A DNA stretch of 64,000 nucleotides from an uncultured delta proteobacterium. Its GTDB lineage: Bacteria; Desulfobacterota; Binatia; Binatales; Binataceae. The translations under genes were made by a program, and so were the position numbers. The stretch is taken from positions 32,001 to 96,000 of the forward strand of contig CAWEEQ010000001.1 in NCBI GenBank assembly GCA_963808235.1, read 5' to 3'. This document shows positions 29,021 to 40,309 of this stretch, in pieces. Positions within the stretch are counted from its first letter, which is position 1, and each line of letters begins with the position of its first letter. Below the pieces are notes generated by a model. The model was not told where the DNA came from. It was given only the letters and a program-made list of their open reading frames with translations, and made no database searches.

Positions 29021-30934
29021 ATGTTAGAAGGAATCCGCCGCTACCAATACTCGTGGCAGGTGCAAGTCCCGTTCGCGGTGCTCGCCCTGGTTATGGCTTT
29101 CTGGGGTTTCGGCGCCGGCATGTTCAACCGGATCCATCCGGTGGCCACCGTTGACGGCCAGCGAATACTTGCCGATGAGGTCGATCGCTCGGCCACCCAG
29201 TTGCGCGAGGCGATGCAACAGCAGTACGGCGCCGCCGCGTCCGCGGTGCTGCAAAATGTCAATTTGCGCAACGAAGCGCTCGAACGTTTGATCGACGGGC
29301 AATTGATCCAGGATGAGGCGCGCCATCTTGGGATCAGCGTCAGCGACGAAGCGCTGCAAAATAAAATCACCGCCACCCCGGCTTTCCAGCGCGACGGCCA
29401 GTTTGACGTCGAAACCTACCAGGAAGTCCTCCGCAACAATAATTTGATGCCGAACGAATTCGAAACTGACGAGCGCAGGCAGATGGTCGCCGACTTGCTG
29501 CGCGACATGATCACCACCGGAGTGCAGGTCAGCGACGATGAAGCGCGCCACGCGTACAACTTGCGCAACGAACTGGTGAGCCTGCGCTATATCGAACTGC
29601 CCGCGAGCAGTTTTGCCGCAAAAGTTTCTCCGACTGAAAACCAGGTCGCCGACTTTTACAAAAAAAATGCCGAACAGTTTCGCGTGCCGGAGCGGGTCAA
29701 GATAACCTTCGTCCACTACGCGCCGCTCGCGCTCGCGGCCAAGTACACACCGACCGACAAGGAAATCCTGGACTATTACAATCGCAACCTGAAGACCGCC
29801 TTCACCCATCCGGAACAGGTCCATGCCCGCCATATACTGCTCGCGGTGCCGGCCGGCGCCAACGACAGTGAAAAAGCGGCGGCGAAAGCCAAAGCGCTCG
29901 AGGTGCTCAAGCAGGCGCAGTCCGGCGGCGACTTCGCAAAGCTCGCCGCGAAGTATTCCGAGGATCCATCGAATCGGCTTGACGGCGGCGACCTTGGGAC
30001 TTTCGGCCGCGGCCAGATGATCAAGCCGTTCGAGGACGCCGTGTTCGCGATGAAGCCCGGGCAAATCACGATGGTCGAGACGCGCTTCGGCTTTCACGTA
30101 ATCAAGCTGGAGGAAATCAAGCCGGAGCATACCGATACGCTGGCCGACGCGCGCGCAAAGATCATCGACACGCTGAGGACGCAGGCCGGAGCCAAGCTCG
30201 GGCGCGATGCGACCCGGGAGGACGTTGCGGCCGCCCTTGGCGGGACGAGCCTGCAAGACCTTGCAAAAAAGCGCGGGCTCGACGCGGTCGAGACTCCGTT
30301 ATTCGCGCAGAACGAACCGATCAAGGGCGCCGAGAACGATCGCGAGCTGAATCAGTTCGCATTCAAGCTCGAACTCGGGCAGGTGCGAGTCGTGCCGGAC
30401 CACGGTGCGCCATATATCGTCAAGCTGATTGCGAGAGAGCCGTCGAGGATTCCGCCGCTCAAGGAAGTCGAGGCGCAGGTGCGCGAGGCGCTCATCCGCT
30501 CGACCGCGGAGGCCGACGCCGCCAACCAGGCGGAAAAGATCCTGGCGACGATCAAGACCGACGCCGATTTCGATAAAGCCGCGGCGTCGAACAAGCTTAC
30601 TATCAGCACCGTCAATCCGTTCCCGCGCGTCGATCACGCCGTTCCAGGTATCGGCCAGTTTCCCGAAGTGACCGACGCCGCCGCGGCAGTGCCCACCGTT
30701 CCCGGAGTAATCGATCGGGTGATGGAGAACAGCGGCAACGCTTATATCTTCGAAGTGGTGTCGCGCAACGAACCCAGCGATGACGATTGGAAGAGCGCGA
30801 AAACAGCATTCATGCAGGAATACGTCGAGCAGCGCCGCGCTCAGGCGTGGACACAATTTGTCGATCAACTGAAGAATACCGCCACGATACAGATCGATAC
30901 CGACCAGCTCGCCGCGGGCGGGTCGTCGACGTAA
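29021..30934 (+). CDS. ppiD: PpiD-type periplasmic chaperone (SurA_N plus parvulin domain)
   Basis: N-terminal TM; FQRDGQFD; HARHIL..FAKLAAKYSED..GGDLG..FGFHVIKL. Confidence 0.88.
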   Translation: MLEGIRRYQYSWQVQVPFAVLALVMAFWGFGAGMFNRIHPVATVDGQRILADEVDRSATQLREAMQQQYGAAASAVLQNVNLRNEALERLIDGQLIQDEARHLGISVSDEALQNKITATPAFQRDGQFDVETYQEVLRNNNLMPNEFETDERRQMVADLLRDMITTGVQVSDDEARHAYNLRNELVSLRYIELPASSFAAKVSPTENQVADFYKKNAEQFRVPERVKITFVHYAPLALAAKYTPTDKEILDYYNRNLKTAFTHPEQVHARHILLAVPAGANDSEKAAAKAKALEVLKQAQSGGDFAKLAAKYSEDPSNRLDGGDLGTFGRGQMIKPFEDAVFAMKPGQITMVETRFGFHVIKLEEIKPEHTDTLADARAKIIDTLRTQAGAKLGRDATREDVAAALGGTSLQDLAKKRGLDAVETPLFAQNEPIKGAENDRELNQFAFKLELGQVRVVPDHGAPYIVKLIAREPSRIPPLKEVEAQVREALIRSTAEADAANQAEKILATIKTDADFDKAAASNKLTISTVNPFPRVDHAVPGIGQFPEVTDAAAAVPTVPGVIDRVMENSGNAYIFEVVSRNEPSDDDWKSAKTAFMQEYVEQRRAQAWTQFVDQLKNTATIQIDTDQLAAGGSST

Positions 30935-30966
30935 AGGACGTGCCATATAAAGGACGAGCTATATAG

Positions 30967-31797
30967 ATGATAGCTGAATCCGACGAACCTCCGTCGCGAG
31001 CAGAGGCGCGCGTAGATACCAACGAATTTTTCTTCCCCGGAGGGGGCGTCAGCGTCCTCCTGGTTCACGGCCTGACTGGAACCCCATACGAGATGCGCTA
31101 TCTCGGCGAGCGGATGGCCGCGCGCGGGATGCGGGTGCGCGGGGTGAAGCTGGCCGGTCACGCCGGCGCTCCCGAGGATCTCGGACTCGCCGGCTACGAC
31201 AATTGGTACGAAAGCGTGGTGAGCGGACTCGAGGAGTTGCGCCAATTCGGCGAGCCCAACGTAGTTGTAGGACTCTCGATGGGCGCGGTGCTGTCGGCGC
31301 GAGTCGCGGCCGATCAGCGCGAGGCGGTTGCGGGTCTGGTGATGCTCGCGCCGGCATTTTTTCTGCCCACTGCGACCACCATCCAGGTCAACCTGGTCCG
31401 GATGCTCGGTTCCCTGACCCGAAATCTCTACCTTTACAATTCGAACGCGTCGGACATTTACGATGCGGCCGCGCGCAGCCTGCACCCGAGGTTCCCGCTG
31501 ATGCCGCTGACCGCGCCGATGAAGCTGCTCGACTTATGCGCAGTAGTGAAGCCGAAGCTCGCGCATATCACGCAGCCGGCGCTGGTGATGCATTCCAAGC
31601 GCGATCACACCTGCCCGATTCGCAAAAATCTCGACTACGTGATGAAGCATCTCGGCAGCCCGGAAAAGCGCGCCGTCGAGCTCGAGCAGAGCTATCACGT
31701 GATCACAGTCGACTGCGAAAAAGAGAGCGTTGCGAACGAAGTGATCGAGTTCGTCGAGCGGTTCCGGGTCGCGCCGCAAAAACGCGCCGCCGGCTAG
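30967..31797 (+). CDS. Alpha/beta-fold carboxylesterase (monoacylglycerol lipase-like)
   Basis: VHGLTGTP, GLSMG, D(HT) and SYHVIT motifs. Confidence 0.88.
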   Translation: MIAESDEPPSRAEARVDTNEFFFPGGGVSVLLVHGLTGTPYEMRYLGERMAARGMRVRGVKLAGHAGAPEDLGLAGYDNWYESVVSGLEELRQFGEPNVVVGLSMGAVLSARVAADQREAVAGLVMLAPAFFLPTATTIQVNLVRMLGSLTRNLYLYNSNASDIYDAAARSLHPRFPLMPLTAPMKLLDLCAVVKPKLAHITQPALVMHSKRDHTCPIRKNLDYVMKHLGSPEKRAVELEQSYHVITVDCEKESVANEVIEFVERFRVAPQKRAAG

Positions 31798-31806
31798 CGC
31801 GCCAGA

Positions 31807-32127
31807 TCAGCTCCGACTGTCGTAAAATTCCTCGAGCAGGTACTTCACGTCGGGACGGCCGAGCACCTCGATAAAGCAAATCTCGTCGTTTGCGTTCAGA
31901 TCGATTATCACCTGCCCGTCCATCGATTGCAGCTCGACGTAGTTGGCGACCTTCACTTCGGCGGCGGTCGCGAAGCTCGCACAATTATCGTCGCCGCAAT
32001 CGCAAACCGACTCGATTCTGAGCGCGCGAAGTTTCGCCTCGAGCGGGTCGGCGCCTTGCTGCTTGAGCAGGTAGACGATCTCCTCGAGCAGTTCGGGCAG
32101 AACCTCGTTGAGCATCGGTGCATCCAT
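31807..32127 (-). CDS. Small acidic Cys-motif protein (CxCx4C)
   Basis: VCDCGDDNCASF; C-terminal IEVL beta motif; fills the gap between real genes. Confidence 0.7.
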   Translation of the reverse strand: MDAPMLNEVLPELLEEIVYLLKQQGADPLEAKLRALRIESVCDCGDDNCASFATAAEVKVANYVELQSMDGQVIIDLNANDEICFIEVLGRPDVKYLLEEFYDSRS

Positions 32128-32243
32128 AGACGGCCAAGCGTAGCCGAAACGATTGCGCCGTCAAGCTGTTCGAGCCCTGCCTTGACTGGGTAGCCGGTCG
32201 TACTTATGTTCTGAAGTGCACGAGCCCACAGGAGAACCAACCG

Positions 32244-32579
32244 ATGTCGAGCGATAAGATTGTTCATGTTACCGACGCGAGTTTCGAGACTGAAGTTCTG
32301 AAATCGACGACTCCGGTTCTGATCGATTTTTGGGCGCCATGGTGCGCGCCATGCCGCGCGATCGCACCGATCATCGACGACCTGGCGGGCGAATACTCCG
32401 GCCGGCTCAAAGTCGTGAAGATCAACGTCGACGACAATCCACAGACCCCCGGCCGCTACGGCGTTCGCGGCATCCCGAACCTGCTCATCATCAAAGGCGG
32501 CCAGGTGAAGGAACAGATCATCGGCGCAGTGGCCAAGGGCACGCTGGTCAAGGCTGTCGATAGCGCGATCGCGGCGTAA
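32244..32579 (+). CDS. trxA: Thioredoxin
   Basis: DFWAPWCAPC, GIPNL; AGGAG RBS. Confidence 0.95.
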   Translation: MSSDKIVHVTDASFETEVLKSTTPVLIDFWAPWCAPCRAIAPIIDDLAGEYSGRLKVVKINVDDNPQTPGRYGVRGIPNLLIIKGGQVKEQIIGAVAKGTLVKAVDSAIAA

Positions 32580-32595
32580 TCCCGAAATTTATAAG

Positions 32596-33183
32596 TCACT
32601 TCGCGGAGGGCGAAGGCATCGCGGCCGAAGATGGCGCGGGGTCTGCGCCCTTCGTCGCATTCTGGACCCAGTATTTCATCAGGTCGTCGCGATTGCGCTC
32701 GTAGGAAATTTTCGCGTCGCCGGGAATATATCCAACCAGCATTTCGTTGTACGCCAGCAGCATCGGCACCAGCTGCGAGTTGCGGAGCAGCGCCGCGCCC
32801 GGAGGCATCAGGGCCGCCATCAGCATCACCGCCAGCCCCGCGAATACCGCGGCGATTCCGGAGCCGAGCAGTCCTCCGGCGAGTCGATCGAGCGTGCTCA
32901 TGTGCACGATATGCATGAGTCGAATCGCGGCCGAGCCGATCATTTCCACGGCGGTGAAAATCAGCCCGAACACCGCGACGTATCCGATCACGGCCGCGAC
33001 GGTGTGCGACGATCCCATCTGCGTCTCGGCGAACGCGCCGGCCTTATTGTAGTACAGCGACGCGAAATAGATCGCCGCGCTGAGCGAGACGACCGACGTC
33101 ACCATCCTGAGTGCGCCCTTTTGCAGTCCGTAGATTGCGCCGATCGCTAACAGCGCGACCACGAAGTAATCAAGCCCGTTCAT
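32596..33183 (-). CDS. cvpA: CvpA family membrane protein
   Basis: LDY..G..KG and LDRLAGGLLG motifs. Confidence 0.85.
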   Translation of the reverse strand: MNGLDYFVVALLAIGAIYGLQKGALRMVTSVVSLSAAIYFASLYYNKAGAFAETQMGSSHTVAAVIGYVAVFGLIFTAVEMIGSAAIRLMHIVHMSTLDRLAGGLLGSGIAAVFAGLAVMLMAALMPPGAALLRNSQLVPMLLAYNEMLVGYIPGDAKISYERNRDDLMKYWVQNATKGADPAPSSAAMPSPSAK

Positions 33184-33271
33184 TCCCCACCATTGAGCCT
33201 ACAGAATGACAGTCGCGCGCGCGACGCGTTCGCGCTGCTATATCTGAGCGGCGATATGCTTAAATGGTCAC

Positions 33272-34570
33272 ATGGCGCGCGTTTACATCGAAGAACTGTC
33301 GAAACACACCGGCGACGAAGTCACGCTCAAGGGATGGCTCGCGGGCAAGCGCTCGAGCGGTAAGATTCATTTTCTCCAGGTGCGCGACGGCACCGGCATC
33401 TGCCAATGCGTTGCGTCGCTTGCCGATCTCGGCACGGAGAGTTTCGCGGCGGCCGATCACATGGGCCAGGAAACCTCGCTCGAGGTGATCGGCATCGTGC
33501 GCGAGGATCGTCGCGCGCCCGGTGGATTCGAGCTCACGCTCAAATCACTCGCGATCGTTTCGCCGGCCACCGATTATCCGATCACGCCCAAGGATCATGG
33601 GGTCGCGTTCCTGCTCGACAACCGCCATCTGTGGGTTCGCTCCTCGCGTCAGCACGCGATCCTGCGCGTGCGCAGCGAAGTGGAATCCGCATGTCGCGAT
33701 TTTTTTCACGAGCGCGACTTCGTGCTGTTCGACGCGCCGATCCTCACCCCCACTTCGTGCGAGGGAACCACCAACCTGTTCGAGCTCGACTACTTCGGCG
33801 AGCGCAAGGCGTACCTGACCCAGAGCGGACAGCTCTACGTGGAGGCGGGTGCGCTCGCATTCGGCAAGGTCTACTGCTTCGGCCCTACCTTTCGCGCAGA
33901 GAAGTCGAAGACGCGTCGTCACCTGACGGAATTCTGGATGGTGGAGCCGGAGGTTGCGTACTGCGATCTCGACGGCGACATGCAGCTAGCCGAAGATTTC
34001 GTTTCTTACATCGTCGGCCGCGTGCTCGATCGTCGCAAGGCCGAACTGAAGATACTCGAGCGCGACACAAGCAAGTTGGAACGCGCAGCAGAGACGCCGT
34101 ATCCGCGCATCAGCTACGACGAAGCAATCGAGCGGCTGAAGAAGAAAGGCGTCGCGGTAAACTGGGGCGACGATTTCGGCGGCGACGAGGAGACCGCGCT
34201 GTCGGAGGAATTCGATCGGCCCGTGATGGTCCATCGATACCCGACTGTGTGCAAGGCCTTCTACATGAAGCAGGACCCGGCGCGCCCCGAGGTCGCGCTA
34301 TGCGTCGACATGCTCGCGCCCGAAGGCCACGGTGAGATTATCGGCGGCGGCCAGCGCGAAGATGATTACGAAACGCTCCGCACCAAGATCATTTCGCACG
34401 ATCTGCCGCTGGCGCCCTTCGAATGGTACCTCGACCTCCGCCGCTATGGCTCAGTCCCTCACGCCGGCTTCGGGATGGGCATAGAGCGCATGACCGGATG
34501 GCTCTGCGGCATCCACCACATCCGCGAAACCGTCCCGTTCCCGAGATTGATGGAACGGCTGGAGCCTTAG
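33272..34570 (+). CDS. asnS: Asparagine--tRNA ligase
   Basis: OB fold (RDGTG), [30 protein letters not shown] and [11 protein letters not shown] motifs. Confidence 0.95.
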   Translation: MARVYIEELSKHTGDEVTLKGWLAGKRSSGKIHFLQVRDGTGICQCVASLADLGTESFAAADHMGQETSLEVIGIVREDRRAPGGFELTLKSLAIVSPATDYPITPKDHGVAFLLDNRHLWVRSSRQHAILRVRSEVESACRDFFHERDFVLFDAPILTPTSCEGTTNLFELDYFGERKAYLTQSGQLYVEAGALAFGKVYCFGPTFRAEKSKTRRHLTEFWMVEPEVAYCDLDGDMQLAEDFVSYIVGRVLDRRKAELKILERDTSKLERAAETPYPRISYDEAIERLKKKGVAVNWGDDFGGDEETALSEEFDRPVMVHRYPTVCKAFYMKQDPARPEVALCVDMLAPEGHGEIIGGGQREDDYETLRTKIISHDLPLAPFEWYLDLRRYGSVPHAGFGMGIERMTGWLCGIHHIRETVPFPRLMERLEP

Positions 34571-34609
34571 GGTGTAACCCTGACTCGGTGCCCCGCACCC
34601 GGCTTTCCT

Positions 34610-35050
34610 TCAGCCTCGCTGTTCGCCTATCCAGCGCACCCAGGCGAGCTCTCGTTTCACCGAATTCCAAAGCCGTTCATCCGCGGTCCAGCACTCGCAG
34701 CGCTCCGACTCCGCCAGCGCAAGGTAGTGTGCGTCGTACGCGGTCGGAAGGCCGAAGCGCTCCATCAGTTCAAGTGCGCGGAGATGAGTCGCTCCGATTT
34801 GTTTGAGCTGCGGTCCGGTTTCCAGAAAGAACCGCAACTGCACTTTGCTCTGCTCGAGCGTCAATTGACCTCGCCGGATCCTCTTGGCGAGCGCATTGGT
34901 AACTTCGTAGAGGAAGAGCGCCGGGGCCAGCAGCGTTCGCTGAGTTTCTCGCCACCGGTTCAGAATCGCGCGCGCTTCAGTGCTGTAGGGCTCCTCGACC
35001 ACCCACTTAAGCGCGAGGCTCGCGTCTACCACGATCTCGGCTGCGCTCAC
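34610..35050 (-). CDS. vapC: VapC/PIN-domain toxin
   Basis: VVDAS, EVTNAL, YDAHYLALA and WTADERL motifs. Confidence 0.9.
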   Translation of the reverse strand: MSAAEIVVDASLALKWVVEEPYSTEARAILNRWRETQRTLLAPALFLYEVTNALAKRIRRGQLTLEQSKVQLRFFLETGPQLKQIGATHLRALELMERFGLPTAYDAHYLALAESERCECWTADERLWNSVKRELAWVRWIGEQRG

Positions 35051-35358
35051 AGCTGAGCGTTACGCTGCTCGCGGCTCTCGCGGATCAAGTCGGCAGAGTC
35101 TTCAGAAAAAGGCGCTCCCTGTTCAGCCTTAAGTTTATCGGCGCGCCGTATCATCGCCGACGTGACTTTACCGTTCGACGGCTTCGACACGGCATCGGCG
35201 GCAGGTACACTGTGCTCCAGTACGTGAGTTACGTACGACGAAACCGGTATGTCTTGAGCCGCGGCCGCGACCTTTATCCGGCGCTTGAGCGCGGGGCTAA
35301 TATCCACCGTCAGGCGAGGCCTGGAAGGAGCACGCTTGTTCGTTCTATTGCTCGCCAT
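35047..35358 (-). CDS. RHH-type antitoxin of the PIN toxin
   Basis: RLTVDISPALKRRIKVAAA ribbon-helix-helix; DSADLIRESR tail; 4-nt overlap with the toxin. Confidence 0.8.
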   Translation of the reverse strand: MASNRTNKRAPSRPRLTVDISPALKRRIKVAAAAQDIPVSSYVTHVLEHSVPAADAVSKPSNGKVTSAMIRRADKLKAEQGAPFSEDSADLIRESREQRNAQL

Positions 35359-35445
35359 TTCAAGATCCTCAACGTCAGACACCTTGGTGTCATGACACCC
35401 ATTCTACAACGACGCATTTCACGGATCAATTGTTTGCTTACGACG

Positions 35446-36970
35446 TTACGGCAGCCAGCGTGCGATTCGTTCGCCGACGACCAGGGCCGGGAGGTTGGTG
35501 TTCGCGCGCGGTATCACCGGCATGATCGACGCATCGGCGACGTAAGCGTTGTCGAGCCCGTGAATTTTTCCGCGCGAATCCACGACCGCCGACCGATCGC
35601 TCGCCGGGCCCATACGGCAAGTTCCCACCGGATGGTAGTAGTGCAGGCAATTGGCCCTGATAAATGCCTCGACCCCAGTCGGGATCGCGAAACTGCCGCC
35701 ACGCTGAAATTGTTTCGCCCACAAGATGGGACAGGGCAGGTTTCGCCGCTATCTCGCGCGCGAGCGCGACTCCGTCGGCAAGCACGCGCAAATCTTCGTC
35801 CTCGGGATCGGTCAGGTAGCGATGATCGATGCTTGGCGGCACGGCGCAGTCAGCGCTGGTCAGCCTCAGCGTGCCCCGCGAGCGTGGCGTCATGCACGCG
35901 ACTTCGAGCGCCCATCGCCAGCCGGTTCGAGTTGCAGGATCGGGTCCGCCAACCGGATAGATGTGCAGATCAAATGCGCGCGTACATCGTGAGGATCGCG
36001 CTTTGGCGATGGTCTGCTCCTCGGGCATCCAATGATCGCGCGCAAACGCGGCCATCATATCTTCCAGTTCGCGCGTTCCCGCGTAGCCCAGCGAAACCCG
36101 AGGATGGTCATGCAGGTTGCGACCGACTCCGGGAAGGTCGTGCATCGGCGAGATTCCGGCAGAGCGCAGTTCTGACGGATCGCCGATACCCGAGCGCAAT
36201 AGAATTGCGGGAGAGCCGTAGGTCCCGGCAGCCAGGATTACGCGGCCTACTTCGACGCGGACCAGACCCTCGCGGCTGGCGACGACAACGGCTTTCACCC
36301 GTCCTGAGCTGACTTCGAGGCGGTCGCACATCGAGTCGCCGACGATTGTCAGGATCGGCCGCTCGCGGACCGGATCGAGATAAGCGAACGCAGTATTCCA
36401 GCGGACGCCGTTCACGATATTCGCCGGACTCGGCGCCATCCCGAGGTTCTCATCGAGATCGTTAAGGTCCGCGACGCGCGGGATTCCGGCGGCGGCCGCG
36501 GCCTCCATTACGATGCGCTGGTAAGGAGTGACTCCCTCTTGCGATGGAATTCTGACCCGCAGACGATCGGAGGCGGTGCGGAACAGTGGCAACAGTTCGT
36601 CCGTGGACCATCCTGGATTTCCGAGCGCGGCCCATCCGTCATAATCGACGCGGCTGCCCCAGATCGCGGCGCATCCGTTATGCGACGAGCATCCACCGAT
36701 CACGCGGGCGCGCTCGTAGCTGATGAATCGCGGTGCGTTCTTCCCGCTGTGGTAGCCCCAGTCGTGCGTGGTCGGTATCGCGCCGGCGTTGGTGAGTTCC
36801 GCCGGCCATCGTCCCGCCGAGAACGGACCATAATCCGGACCGGCTTCCAGCAGCAGCACTGACTGCTCCGACTGCTCGGCAAGAAGACCCGCGACCGCCG
36901 CTCCCGCGGTGCCGCCACCGATCACGACCGTATCGGCAGACTTCGGAAGCTGATCCTGTTTTCGCGCCAT
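35446..36970 (-). CDS. GMC family FAD oxidoreductase (choline dehydrogenase-like); apparent frameshift near 35700
   Basis: GGGTAG, LEAG, IGGCSSHN, VGRNLHDH; HPVGTCRMG and ANTNLP in the second frame. Confidence 0.9.
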
Positions 36971-37268
36971 GCTGGCTTGCACTATTCAGCAAATGGGCCG
37001 CGAATTACAGTGCCGCAGATTTACTCGACGCCTTTTGCACTCCACGGACCGATCCCAACGAAACGCACCGGCGCGATTCGGGTGACGTAGCCGGCAATAT
37101 TATGATCTTGCTCATTTTTCTGCCCTCAATCCTTGTATATACAAGACCCTGACCAAGCTTTATCAGCTCGCCGATGAGCACAGAGCCATCACGACCGCGT
37201 CGTTGCAACCGACGGAGGTTGGCGGCAGAGTGCGCTCAGCGAGGTCGCATCCCGACTTGAAATAAGAA

Positions 37269-40200
37269 ATGACTCTTGTCCTCTTGATAATTTTCGGAGC
37301 TCCGATTGCGCTGGCAATCTGGCTAATTTCGCGCACCACCAACGCACAGAGTCGCATCGAGGAACTTTCCGATCGGCTGGCAATTCTCGAATCGGAAATT
37401 GCTCGGCTGAAGCAGGACAAGGAATCGCCAAAGCCTGCGGAGCCAGCCGCTCCTCCAGCGCAGCCGAAGATTGTTACTCCCGCTCCAGCCGCGCCGCCAA
37501 GACCGATTGTCACCGCACAGCCGGTCGTTTCGCCGCCACATCCACCGACCACTGCATCGCGGCCCGTTTCCGAGCCATCGCGCCTGCCGGTTCCGAAAAT
37601 CGATTGGGAACAATTTGTTGGAGTGAAGGGTTTTGCGTGGGTTGGCGGATTTGCACTGTTTCTCGGCGTTGTATTTTTCGTCAAATACTCGTTCGACAAC
37701 AATCTCGTCCCTCCCGAGCTGCGCGTGGCGATTGGTTTCCTCGTCGGCCTCGGTCTGCTGGTCGGCGGCGTGATGATGTCTCGCAAGGATTTCCCCGCGC
37801 TTTCGCAGACTCTGTGCGGGACCGGCGTTGTCATCCTCTATAGCGTCACGTTCGCGTGCCGTTCGATTTATCATTTTGAATTCTTCGGGCCGATTCCAAC
37901 TTTCCTGCTGATGGCGCTAATCACGACCACGGCTTTCTTGCTCGCCGTCCGGCTCGACGCCATCGTCGTCGCAATTCTCGGAATGTTGGGCGGATTTCTG
38001 ACCCCGATTTTAATTTCCACTGGCCAGGACAATCCGCTCGGACTTTTCGGCTACATCGCCATCCTCGACATCGGACTCATCGTCGTCGCACTCGATCGAC
38101 GCTGGTACTTTCTCACTGCGCTCTCCGCGGTTGGAACCGCACTCATGCAAATCGCCTGGGTCGGTGAATTTTTCGTCAGCGAAAAATATTTTGCAGGAAA
38201 CAAAATTCTCATCGCGCTTGCGGTGCTGCTCGGCTTCGATGCGCTTTATCTTGCCGCGAATTGGTGGGCGAAAATCCGCAAGCTTGCCGATGGTGAAGAA
38301 TCTCTGATCTTTGGATTAGGCCGGATTCATACCAGGAAATGGCTTTCCGCTTCGGCGCTGGGCCTGGTCGCCGTGACGCTCCTTTTCACCGCGTGGTTTT
38401 TGGATTTCGAGCCGCTCGCGCAACGCCCATGGTTGATGTTCGGGTTTGTTTTTCTCGTCGATCTTATTGTTACTTCGCTCGTGCTCGCCGATGAAACAAT
38501 CGCGGCCGCTCAATCGATAGCGGGGCTTGCCGTTTTTGCATTACTTGGATTTTGGACGCAAGCATGGCTGACCGACGAACTGCTCAACGCCGCGCTGGCG
38601 TTTTATTTCCTCTTCGCGGTTGTCCACTCGGCTCTGCCTGCGATGCTCCAGCGCCGGCCCGATGCAATAACCCCAACTTGGGCGAATCAGATCTTTCCGG
38701 TGCTCGCGCTCGCGCTCGTGCTCGTTCCGGTCCTCACCCTCGCGCAAGTCTCGATAGTCGTCTGGCCGTTCGTTTTATGGTGGATTTGTTGGCCATCGCG
38801 CTGGCGGTAATGACGGCGACGTTGCTGCCGGTGCTGGCGGTTCTGTTGCTCACACTTGCCGCGACCGGCGAGCTCATCTTCAAAGTTCCTTCCGACCTCA
38901 CCGGCTTGTCGCTTTCATTTTTCCTGCTCGGCGCGTTCGCGGTTTTCTTCATCGCGGCAACCTTCTTGCTGGTGAAAGCATTCCAGCCTGACGCGCTGAA
39001 AACCGGGATCAAATTCAGCAAGGGCCTCGCAGCGCCGGAAGATTTGGCTGCGATATTGCCCACGTGCTCCGTCGTGCTTCCGTTCTTGCTGCTCATAATG
39101 GCGACGCTGCGGCTGCCGCTGATAAATCCGTCGCCGGTCTTCGGCCTTGCGTTGTTGCTCGTCGTGATGTTGCTTGGCGTCACAAAATTGTTCTCGCTCG
39201 ACTGGATGCCCGCGGTCGGACTCGCCTGCGTGGTCGCGCTCGAATGGGTGTGGCATTTCAGCCATTTCGATCGGACCAATCCAAACCAGCCGCTGGATCT
39301 GGTTCTGACGTGGTACTTGATTTTCTTCGCCACGTTCGCGCTGTTTCCATTTTTATTTTGGAAACAATTTTCCGGACAGAGTCATTCCCTGGGCGACTGC
39401 GGCAATCGCCGGACCGCCGCAATTTTTTCTCATCCACCGCTTCGTATCCGCCGTTTATCCGAATCAAATGATGGGACTGCTCCCCGCCGCATTTGCGTTT
39501 CCCGGATTGTTAAGCCTCGTCGCCGTGCTTAAAAAAGTCCCCGCCGAAAACGAGGCGCGCATGGCTCAACTCGCGTGGTTTGGCGGCGTGGCGCTGTTTT
39601 TCATCACCCTGATTTTCCCGATCCAGTTCGACCGGCAATGGATCACCATCGGCTGGGCGTTGGAAGGCGCGGCGTTGCTGTGGCTGTTCCATCGCGTGCC
39701 GCATCCGGGGTTACGGCTGACCGGCGCCGGCCTGCTCATCGCCGCGTTCGTCCGGCTCGCGTTGAATCCCGCCGTGCTCGAATACCATCGCGCGCCGCGA
39801 TGCCGATCTTCAACTGGTATCTTTACGCCTACGGCATCGCGACGATCTGTCTGTTTGCCGGGACAAGACTTCTCGCGCCGCCGCGCAACCTCTTTCTGGA
39901 TTTCGATATTCCGCCGATACTTGCCGGATGCGGCACGGTGCTGGCGTTCCTGCTGTTGAACATCGAGATCGCCGATTACTTCAGCGAGCCGGGTTCGACG
40001 CTTACATTTCAGCTGGGCGGCAACTTCGCGCGCGACATGACCTATTCAATAGGATGGGCGCTGTTCGCGCTGGTGCTGCTCATTCAGGGCATTCGCAGAA
40101 AAATTCCCGCCGCACGCTATGCCGCGATGGGCTTGCTGTGCGTGACGCTGCTGAAACTTTTCTTCCACGATCTCGCGCAACTCGGCCAGCTCTATCGCAT

Positions 40201-40309
40201 CGGCGCGTTCATCGGCGTGGCTGTAATCGCGATGCTCGCATCGTTTGCGTATCAAAAGTTTTTCGCAGCCGGTGACAATGAGAAGGAACAGAATGAAACT
40301 TCTCACTAA
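37269..40309 (+). CDS. Large polytopic membrane protein, DUF2339-like; apparent frameshifts near 38776, 39375 and 39789
   Basis: WEQFVGVKGFAWVGG..FFVKYSF N-terminal motif and KLFFHDL..LYRIGAFIGV C-terminal motif; continuous across four ORF pieces. Confidence 0.8.

Noticed and set aside
34570-35440. vapBC pair as the marker of a mobile element inserted after asnS
   Set aside because: No transposase, integrase or flanking repeats; it looks like an ordinary solitary toxin-antitoxin pair
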